DNA from: Octopus sinensis
Lineage: Eukaryota
Length of the DNA stretch: 64,000 nucleotides
Assembly (NCBI RefSeq): GCF_006345805.1
Contig: NC_042999.1
Span: 166,346,001-166,410,000 of the forward strand
Direction of reading: 5' to 3'
Each line of letters begins with the position of its first letter. Position 1 is the first letter of the stretch. Below are positions 54,131 through 64,000 of this stretch, piece after piece. The notes below the pieces were generated by a model, which saw only the letters and a list, made by a program, of their open reading frames with translations, was not told where the DNA came from and made no database searches. The position numbers and the translations under genes were made by a program.

Positions 54131-54337
54131 CTGATGATGGAGGTATGTTGGATTGTTGGTATGGCTGTTTATGTATAAGTGAAATAGTATTATAACACAT
54201 CCTGTGTCCCTTTCTGTAGAAGAGCGTAGGCTCGAAACGTAAAAGACTTTTTCTATTCCTGAGCATTATACTAATATATCTGTTTGTTTTGTACACCACC
54301 TGTCTTCGTCTTTTGTTTTTTTCGTAAACTCTCCCTA
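54130..54337 (+). mobile_element. Short Penelope-like terminal fragment with a minimal hammerhead-like motif, inside a (TA)n tract
   Basis: CUUU-CUGUAGA-A-GAGC[GUAG]GCUC-GAAA-CG-UA-AAAG at 54210-54245; one core mismatch (A6 to U). Confidence 0.5.
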
Positions 54338-54379
54338 TATATATATATCCCTATATATATATATATATATATATATCCC

Positions 54380-54415
<36 letters not shown>

Positions 54416-54436
54416 ATACACATACATATATGTATG

Positions 54437-54742
54437 CCATCGTCATCATTCAACGTCCATTGTCCATGCTATTATGGGATGGATGGTTCGGCCAGGGCTG
54501 GCAAGCTGGAAGGCTGCATCAGACTCCAGTCTCATTTGGCGTGGTTTCTACAACTTGATGCCCTTCTTAACACTAACCAATCTAAGAGTGTAAAGGTGCT
54601 TTTATATGCCACTGGTATGGGTGCCATTTGTATGACACCAGTATCTGCCACGACTGTGATTTTTACTTGGCTTGATGGGTCTTCTCAAGCATGGTATAAT
54701 GGCAAAGGTCTCTGTCGTTCGTCATTGCCTTTGTGAGGCCTT
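54437..54742 (-). mobile_element. RTE LINE 3' end fragment
   Basis: Minus strand reads LTKAMTNDRDLCHYTMLEKTHQAK followed by the family 3' UTR and a GAT-like tail. Confidence 0.7.
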
Positions 54743-54744
54743 GT

Positions 54745-55835
54745 TCTTATAGTTGAATCACTACCAGAGTTAGAGAAGAAGTTTCAGGTATGGAAGCAAG
54801 ATCTATAATTGAAGGGCCTTAGAGTTAACCTAGCAAAAACTAAAGTCTTAGTAAGTAGGAAGGCTGACAAATCACAAATCTCTTCAGGTAGATGGCTCTG
54901 TTTGATCTGTAGAAAAGGTGTAGGTAGAAACTCTATAAGATGTACCCAGTGTAAGCTATGGACACATAAGAAGTGCAGCAATATCAGAGAAAGGTTAATA
55001 GGGAAAATAGCTTTTGTGTGTGGAAGATGTACAGGTACAATAAACACTGAAAATGTACAGAAAATAGACTCCATCAACTGCCAGGTGGAGTAAGCTAGAG
55101 GTAGTAAATAGCTTCTGTTACCTAGGTGACCAAGTTAGCAGCAGAGGTGGATGCTCTGAGAGTGTAGCTGTGAGAAAAAGAATAGACTGGGTAAAGTTCA
55201 GAGAGCTCCTGCCTCTGTTGGTAACAAAAGGGCCTCTCCCTCAGAGTAAAAGGCAGATTGTAAGATGTTTGAGTGCGAACAGCTATGCTACCCAACAGTA
55301 AAACATGGGCTGTGACAGCCAGGGACATGCATAAGCTTGAAAGAAATGAAGCCAATATGTTTCACTGGATATGCAAATGTCAGCGTACATGTTCAAGAAA
55401 GTGCACGCATCTTTAGAGAAAAGTTGGGCATAAGAGGCATCAGATTTGGTGTGCAAGAGAGACAACTGCACTGGTATGGTCATGTGATGCATATGGATAA
55501 GGACAGCTGTATAAAGAAATGCTGATCTCTAACTGTGGAGAGAACATGTTGTAGAGATAAACCCAGGAAGACATGAGATGAGGCAGTAAAGCATGAGGTT
55601 CGGACTTTGTGACTCACAAACACAATAACTAATGACCAACACCTTTGGCAATACACTGTACTTGAGAAGACGTGTCAAGCCAAGTGAAATTGTGGTAGTG
55701 GCTGATTATTGGTGTCATGTAACAGGCACCCATGCTGGTGGCACATAAAAACCACCTTTCAAGCATTGTGCCACACAGAGGCAAAGTGTCTGGTGCCAGT
55801 GACACATAAAAACTACCTTTTAAGTGTTGGGCCTC
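54745..55835 (+). mobile_element. 5'-truncated, decayed RTE LINE (RT C-terminal part)
   Basis: KGLRVNLAKTKVL...GVGRNSIRCTQCKLWTHKKCS, YLG, and RERQLHWYGHVM; homologous to 58400-59400 on the - strand. Confidence 0.85.
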
Positions 55836-55845
55836 ATATATACAT

Positions 55846-55913
<68 letters not shown>

Positions 55914-56755
55914 GTCAATGATATATATATCTGTAAATGTAATTCGGTAGCCATGATAAAACTCCGAATTTCGGATGCTGAGGTGGAAATCCACGCCGCC
56001 ATCTCTTCAGTTATCCGGCCATCGGAAAAATGTTATGAAAAATGACCGTATACAAAGGGAAATTACTGTGTGATTGACCGTCATTAAGACAAAAGAGCTA
56101 TTTGTTAAGGGGAAGAAGTAAAGTAAGGGGGTAAAAGGTTCATAGTATTCACATAAGTGCGCCTGTTCATATCTACATGTGCATCAGCACACCCACGCGC
56201 ATGCACCTAAAGGTATACATTCATCCATACTCACTTGAAAACGTATACATCTTCACTCTCATACTTCGCCAAATGTATATGCATATACATACAAACCCCC
56301 CACACACACGCGTCTATATACGCACAAGCACAAGAAAAAACAGGGTTAAGGGTAATAATACAGAAAAAAGGCATAAGGCAGTATACAAACAGTAAACCAC
56401 GTCTATATACGCACATACTCTTATGCACGCACACACACACACCTATATACGCACATACCCACACCCCTGTCTATATATGCACACACACGCACGCACAAAA
56501 AGGATTATACATGCGTCTAACACAAGAAAAATCAGGACTAAGGGCAAAAAACAGGAAAATGTGTAAAAGCACTGAGTAAAATACGTCTATATACACACGT
56601 ACTCGCATGCACGCACACATCTATATACGCAAATACCTGCACACACGCACACATTCACACGCATGCACAAAAGATTCCATATACACGTCTATATACGCAC
56701 AGCGAAAAATGCAGGGCGGAAGGTAGAATACAGAAAAATTATATGTAAAAATATA

Positions 56756-57150
56756 TCTTTATATATAAAAGTGAGGTTGTGTGCTGTCTGTCTCCTACGA
56801 TTTAGATTCCTAACTACTCCCACATTTTGCGGTGCAGTTTAACCAAAACCGGGTATCTTATAGTCGTGATTCATATCGAGCCCTTCTGGGTATTAGCACG
56901 CGTCTACGATGAGTCTACGATTTTAAAAATAATTTACCATCAATTTTTCCCATTTTTAATGCATTTTTGGCATATATAAGGGAAGTAACTCTCTAAAAAT
57001 TTATTATTAAATCTCAGAACATAAAAAGCTACAGTAACCCCCCCCCTTGTGGTTAGCCATATTGAGATGGCTATTATACTTTACATCTCTAAAAATGCCT
57101 ATATAGTTATTTCCCTTACAAACCCGAGCAACGCCGGGCGATACTGCTAG
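56756..57150 (+). mobile_element. Non-autonomous Helitron, same family ends as 51058-51570
   Basis: A|TCTTTATATATAAAA ... hairpin cccgagcaacgccggg, CTAG|T at 57147-57151. Confidence 0.88.
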
Positions 57151-57994
57151 TAAGCAATAAACCTATAAACCAATATCTTTATAAATATGTCAGAAATATA
57201 TGTATAAAAAATATAAATAAAATTTTAAAATATATAAGAGAAATATAAGTGAAAGGTATAAAGAGATAAAGCTTGAGCATGGACACAATATAGAAAGCAA
57301 GTTCTATCTAGTCTCAGGGGGATCAAAAGCATAACAAATATTTGGCCACATATGGGCATGAACCGAAAAGTTCAGTTCTTGAATTCAGACATGTAGCGGT
57401 GTCTAAGCTGCTTTTTCTGATGAGCCATCTTTCCATATCACATAGACCGCACTTTCCACTGCCGTTGGTGTAGGGCTTACACTTAGCTAAGATCTTCCAA
57501 TGGATATTATAACTGACACCTTTATCTTTTAATGATCATATATAACTGGATAATTTGGTCGTTTTCCTTTTATCCCAGTGCCTAAAGCTCAAGGTGTGAT
57601 TATTGAAACCTGGCCTTGAAATTACTCTCTGCAAGGCCCATGTATTTCTTCATCGAAACCGTGTCTTTAGTGTATATAGAGTCCACAGTGGCTTCATAAA
57701 TTATGGTCTCAGACATGCAAGCTCCATTTAGTGGGCACAAACTTTTATCCCTGCATGAACAGCTGGTTTCATATTGTGGTTTTTGCGTGTTGTGTGCGAT
57801 TGCATTTTTAAAATTAGTAGTTGAACTGAAACTGATTTTTAAGTTGTGTCTATTGAAGAGCTTTCTGTAACTATGGGCAACTGGAAAATGTCTATCTAAT
57901 CAGTGCTAAGAAATACTTGCCTATATTTAAAGTCACTTCGGGTGAGTAGGGGGAGGGGGTGAACCAGATGGTTTTCCTATTCCTATATATATAT

Positions 57995-60900
57995 ATCATC
58001 ATCATCATCATCGTTATCACCGTCGTTAAATATCCGCTTTCGATGCTGGCATGGGTTGGACGGTTTGAATGAGGGCTAGCGAGCCAGAAGGCTGCACCAG
58101 GCTCCAATCTGACCTGGCAAAGTTTCTACAGATGGATGCCCTTCCTAATACCAACCACTCTGAGAGTGTAGTGGGTGATTTTTACATGCCACCGGCACGA
58201 GGGCCAGTCAGGCAGTACTGGCATCAACTTCACTCAAATGGTACTTTTTTATGTGCCTCCGGCACAGGAGCCAGTGAGGCGACACTGGCAACAACCATGC
58301 TCGAATTGTGTTTTTATGTACCACTGGCACGTCATCAGCCACAACAATGCTTTCACTTACCTCAACAGGTCTTCACAAGCGCAGTTAATTACCCAATGAT
58401 TGAAGGGTACTCTTAAATGGGCTGGCTATGCTGCACTGGCATAGGCCATGGTTACAGTCTCACTTGGCTTGCTGGGTCTTCTCAAGCACAGCATATCTTG
58501 AAAGGTCTCGGTCATTTGTCATTGCCTCATTGAGGCCCAATTTTCGAAGATCATGCTTTATCACCTCATTCCAGGTCTTCCTGGGTCTACCTCTTCCACA
58601 GGTTCCCTCAACTGCTAGGGTGTGGCACTTTTTCACACAGCTTTCCTCATCCATTCACAACACATGACCATACCAGTGCAGTTGTCACTCTTGCACACCA
58701 CATCTGATGTTTCTTAAGTCCACCTTTTCTCTCAGGGTGCTTACACTCTGTTGTGTATGCACACTGACATTACACACCCAGCAGAGTATACTGGCTTCAT
58801 TCCTTGCAAGCTTACGCATATCCTCAGCAGTCATGGCCCATCTTTCACTGCCGTGTAGCATGGCTGTTCGTACACATGCATCATACAGTCAGCCTTTTAC
58901 TCTGAGTGAGAGGCCCTTTGTCACCAGCAGAGGTAAGAGCTCTCTGAACTTTGCCCAGGATATTTTTATTCTAGCAGCTACACTTTCAGAGCATCCACCC
59001 CTGCTACTGACTTGGCCACCTAGGTAATGGAAGCTATCAACTACCTCTAGACTTTCCCCATGGAATGTGACGGAAGCTGTTGTCTTCACATTTTCAGTGT
59101 TTATTGCTCCTGAGCGTTTGCCACATACAAAAATTATCTTCCCAATAAGCCTTCTTTTGATATTGCTGCCCCTCTTATGTGTCCATAGCTTATACTGGGT
59201 ACATCTTATGGAGTTTCTACCTACACCTTTTCTACAGATTGAGTAGGGCCATCTACCTGAAGGGGTTTGTGATTTGTCTGCCTTCCTACTTATTAGGACT
59301 TTGGTTTTTGCTAGGTTGACTCTAAGGCCCTTTGATTCTAGACCTTGCTTCCACACCTGAAACTTCTCTTCCAGTTCTGATAGTGACTCAGCTATTAAGG
59401 CAAGGTCATCAGCATAGAGGAGCTCCCAAGGGCATCCTGTCTTGAATTCCTCTGTTACTGCCTGGAGGATTATGATGAATAGGAAGAGGCTGAGGACTGA
59501 CTCTTGGTGGACCCCTACCCCTACTCACTGTACTCGTTGCCAACCCTCACCTTACTTACAGTGTCCCTGTACATGGCTTGCACAGCTCTCACTAACCATT
59601 CATCTATCTCTAGTTTCCTCATTGACCACTAGATAAGGGATTGGAAGACCCTGTCAAAGGCTTTCTCTATGTCAATGACGGCTAGGTACAGAGGTTTATC
59701 TTTAGCTAGGTATTTCTCCTGCAGCTCTCTTACCAGAAATATAGCACCAGTGGTGCTTTTCCCTGGCACAAACCCAAACTGCATCTCGTCTAAACTAACT
59801 CTCTCTCTAATTAGTTGGGCTATGACCCTCTCCATGACTTTCATTACCTGATCCAACAACTTGATACTTCTGTAATTATTTGTATCTAAAGCATCACCTT
59901 TACCTTTGTAGCAGTTGACTATTATGCTGCTACACCAGTCATTGGGTATGACTCCTTCCTGTATCAGTTGATTGAATATATGGCTGACTAGACTATAGCC
60001 AACACTGCCAGTTATTTTTAGCATCTCTGCTGTGATTCCTGATGGGCCAGAGGCTTTCTCCATCTTCATACACTTTATTGCTTTATCTACCAAGGTACTG
60101 TCAATTTGGATAGCTGATCCCACTGCTGGGTCGACATTCGGTAGATTCTCTTTCTCCCATTCATTCTCTTCATTTAGCAATCTTTCATAATGACACCTCC
60201 AAGTCTCTGTCCTTGCAGCCTCATTAAATGCAAGAGAGCCATCATCCATGCAGACACATTTCTCTCCTATGACATCATGATTCTCTCTCACACACTGTCT
60301 TGCAACACAAAAGACCTCAAGTCTTTGGTCCTCATGATGCAGAACATCGGAAAATTTTTGTCTTATCTGCTTCCCCTCTGGCTAAATAAACCTGTCTCTT
60401 AGCTTCCCTTCTGGCTGTCTGATACAATTCCCTGCCACCACCGTTCTTCCAGTCCTTCCATGCCTGTTTCTTTTCCCTAATGGCCCTGTCACGACGTTAT
60501 TTTGGGTTGAGAGGGTACTTTGCACCATCCACAGATCTGGTCGGTGGCCCTTAGCAGGTTGTCCTGTAGGAACCTCCAGTTGTCTTTTATACCATGTGAA
60601 GCTATATCCCCTTCTATTTCGTCAAAGGCTCCGAGTAATATGTCTCTAAATCTCTGTCCATTCACAGGATCCTTAAGCTTCCAGACCCTTCTCCACCATG
60701 CTGGTCGTCTTCTGGACATCCATTTAGCCCTGATCCTGAAGTTGCTAACTACTAATCTATGTTGTGCAGTGCATTCTTCACCTGGGAAGGTTTTGGTATT
60801 TATAGGTAGCCATCTTTCTCGTTTCCTGGCGAGTATGTAGTTAATTTAACTTGTGTGTCTACCAGATCGGTAGGTGACTAGGTGACTGGCAGGTTTCCTG

Positions 60901-61368
60901 AAGTTAGTATTAAAAACCATTAGATCATTTGCATCACAGAACTCCAGCAGCCTGGTTCCCTCTTCATTGAGGGAACCAAAACTGTAACCTCCATGTACGC
61001 CCTGGAAGCCCCCTGCATGTCCAACATGTCCATTGAAGTCACCAGTCACAAAGAGAAGGTCCCTGTCATTCGCTGACAAGGTTGTTTGCAAGAGGATGTC
61101 ATAAAATCGGTCTTTCTGTTCATCAGGTAGCCCCGGCTGAGATAATGGTTGCTAACCCATGTTGCTGCACTAATCTAATCATAAGTATTCTATCACAAAC
61201 TCTGACTACCCAGATGACCTTATCAAACCATTTCTCCACACCCCCGACCTCGTAGTGTTCCCTACCCAGAAAATCTTATACCTACGTTCTTTGCCTGTGA
61301 GGAACCTAGCAGAACCTCCTCTCCACCTTACTTCTTGGATGCAACACAAATCTACACGTCTCTGATAC
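57995..61368 (-). mobile_element. Near full-length decayed RTE-clade LINE (AP endonuclease plus RT)
   Basis: Minus strand: RVDLCCIQEVRW (about 61330-61365), GDFNGHVG, YRSIKLL, DEMQFGF, DIEKAFDRV, WELLYADDL, YLGG, then 3' UTR and (GAT)n tail. Several frameshifts and stops. Confidence 0.93.
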
Positions 61369-62783
61369 ACACAACAGGCTTCTTTCAGTTTCTATCTACC
61401 AAATCCACTCACAAAGCTTTGGTCAGCCCGAGGCTATAGTAGAAGACACTTGCCCAGGGTGTCACACAGAAGGACTGAGCCCAGAACCATGTGGGGGAAG
61501 CAAGCTTCTTATCACACAGCCATACCTCAGACATACAAACTTAACACTTGAAATTGCAATTCTCCATAGAATTTCTTTGTTCTTTAAGCTGAATGAGTGA
61601 AAATATTGAGGGAAGCAGCTTTTAAACATGTTCGTAGTTCCACCCTTATTGTTCCTTTCACACATGACCAAAGGTGTCATGCATGCTTAGTATATGACTC
61701 ATTTTGGGAGGAAATTGATTTCAACAGTTAAAAGTTAACTGATGATGTGATGGCTAGGTGTGTGGAGGGAGTGTTTGCAGCTGTATTTATTTACCTTAAC
61801 ACTGCTCGTGTTATTTTGCATGGTTAGGAAATAAAATCTTTATTAGAGTTAAGAAATTCTTGGATATCCCTTAGGATAGATCAAAGACTCTCCTATTTAT
61901 TCATACCAAAGATTTATATTTATGGTTTGCGCTACTATTTATATCTATGGATATTAAATGGTTCTCCCCATTCACCTTTATGTAACTTCAGTGTTTGCTT
62001 TTCTTAACGTCTAAGAAATTGGCTTTTATTGAGTGCTGATAGTCATCTTTTAACTAAACAGCATAAATCTCTCCACGGTATGGCTATTCATATTATATAA
62101 CATTGCTAAACCATCAGTTTAGTAGAAGCGAGAGCTATCGGAAGAGATGCATTTTCAGTGAGTGTCAAGCATAAGCAGTCTCACAAAATCCGCCACTTCA
62201 ACCCTTATCCAAGTGCCAAAGGAGGCGTTAAACAAAAGAGCACTTTTCTTTTTAATATGGTGGGAATCATCATGGTACAACAATGATTTTTTAGGGATCA
62301 TTATGATTCTGACATCTAGTTTAGTAATTGTAGTGAATTCGCTTTGGAAATCCAATGCCTTCAGAAAAAAGGACTTAGATATAGAAGTATAAAAGACCAC
62401 AATGTCGAAATGGTAATACACTATACTTTGATGGGTCATGAACTGAGGAATTTGCCTAATTGGTTCTAGATCATGAAGCAGTACGTGACAGCTATTAAAC
62501 AGAGATCAGAACCATTGTCCAACAGTTACACTAGTGGAGGATCCATTTGAAATAGTGTCACACACCCGAATACCCCAATACCTGAAAATCGACTTCGACC
62601 AGTTCTAGCCAACTTCGCGGAGTAATTCCCCCTGACGGCGACTAACTTCTGCTGAATTACCTCCCTCGCCAACACAGCAGCAGCAGCAGTTCTGCGACAC
62701 GCAACAAACCTGGTCACATGATTCTCTTTAAACCTTCCAGGTTACACACCTGCCACCTTTCACACCTTTATATACAATATATG

Positions 62784-63183
62784 TTTCTTTACTGCCCACA
62801 AGGGGCTAAACATAGACGGGACAGACGAAGGGATTAAGTCGATTATATCGACCCCAGTGCGAAACTGGTACTTTATTTATCGACCCCGAAAGGATGAAAG
62901 GCAAAGTCGACCTCGGCGGAATTTGAACTCAGAACGTAACGACAGACGAAATACCTATTTCTTTATTACCCACAAGGGGTTAAACATAGAGGGGACAAAT
63001 AAGGACAGACATAGGTATTAAGTTGATTACATCGACCCCAGTGCGTAACTGGTACTTAATTTATCGACCCCGAAAGGATGAAAGGCAAAGTCGACCTCGG
63101 CGGAATTTGAACTCAGAACGTAACGACAGACGAAATACCGCTAAGCATTTCGCCCGGCGCGCTAACGTGTCTGCCAGCTCGCC
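62784..63183 (-). mobile_element. tRNA-derived SINE family D with a tandemly duplicated 3' part
   Basis: Minus-strand head ggcgagctggcaga...gagttcaaattcc. Segment 62784-62955 repeats at about 62957-63137. Older copies at about 8260-8540, 15295-15470, 21655-22030 and 50270-50460. Confidence 0.8.
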
Positions 63184-63749
63184 GCTCACCTTTATATACA
63201 ATATAGCCCGAAGAATCATGGGTATATATCCTGCATATAAACATATAAAATTCTATGAATTACTGGCTGTTTCTAATAAATAAACGTTAATAAGTATATA
63301 CTTGAGAGCTCTTCTCGATTGTTTGTATTCATGAACGTGAGTGAAACGTTTGTCAGTGTAAGGAATTCTACTTTCAATTTCTCAATTAAAATACGCACTC
63401 GACGTTTGTAGTAGAGTTCTCTCTCATTGAGAAGTATCCCCGAGTAGTATTATACACACACAAGTGTGTGTGTGTGTCTTCCGAAAGCTCTCCAATACCA
63501 AATATATAGTTAAGTGGCGACCAAACGAGGGAGCTTCTACGTGACCACTCGGCCTATTAGAAATAGCAGCCAAATCTCCGCCTCCTGACTTAAAAAACAA
63601 GGTACAATGAATAATGTTGTCTAGCATAGATTGTTTCGAAATAAAAGATAAGGGCTAATCTGGGCCAAGCAACAGTATGAATATCTATATATATGTATAT
63701 TATTGCTTTTTCTGAGCATAATTGCGGTAACAATTACTGATAATGTCGT

Positions 63750-63800
63750 CTTCCTGGCCGAGGCGCGCAGGCGCAGTGAGGTGGCCATGGCGGACACCTG
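63750..63800. promoter_or_regulatory. Candidate housekeeping-type promoter element cluster
   Basis: Isolated GC/CpG-rich patch with an NRF1-like GCGCAGGCGC (63765-74) and a YY1-like CCATGGCGG (63785-93). Motif match only. Confidence 0.35.
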
Positions 63801-64000
63801 ATGTCATAAAAGAGTTTACTCGGAGTAGATTCGGACTAAATTGAGGGAATTTAAATCAGCAATATGTCTTTATATATTTCAAATATATTATTTTAGTTTA
63901 AACTACTGAACATTATAGTAAGCCTTAGAGATTTCGAAAGAAAAATTATTGGCATTTAAGCATATATTTTTTTTTTAAATCAATAATTAAATCCGATGAT

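Noticed and set aside
62155-62717. ORFs of 94, 76 and 63 aa near the window end
   Set aside because: No recognisable homology and weak splice signals; kept only as part of the low-confidence promoter finding.
63325-63365. Hammerhead-like string TCATGA-AC-GTGA-GT-GAAACGTT
   Set aside because: The core has two mismatches, stem II is only 2 bp and no stem I is evident.

Overview
AT-rich, microsatellite- and retroposon-dense animal genomic DNA. The repeat families look like those of an octopus (inference, not verified). One gene is well supported: a cytosolic phospholipase A2 alpha-like gene (PLA2G4A-like) on the + strand. I reconstructed it by hand as 12 GT-AG exons (11242..40562) that splice in frame to 747 codons plus stop. 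The catalytic motifs GGGFRA, GLSGS and VDAG and the MAPK site PLSP are intact. The C2-domain 5' exons were not found and probably lie upstream of the window. Almost all other ORFs in the track are microsatellite read-through or decayed transposons: RTE and CR1-like LINEs, several tRNA-derived SINE families, mariner/Tc1/pogo remnants, Helitrons and a 51-bp minisatellite of about 53 copies. The most unusual signal is four unrelated short elements with hammerhead-ribozyme (Penelope-type) cores. Three of them are head-to-head palindromes with a ribozyme near each outer end. One couples a tRNA-derived Pol III head to a hammerhead tail and sits as an inverted dimer inside a single 12-bp target-site duplication. 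All calls are by eye; no alignment or folding software was run.
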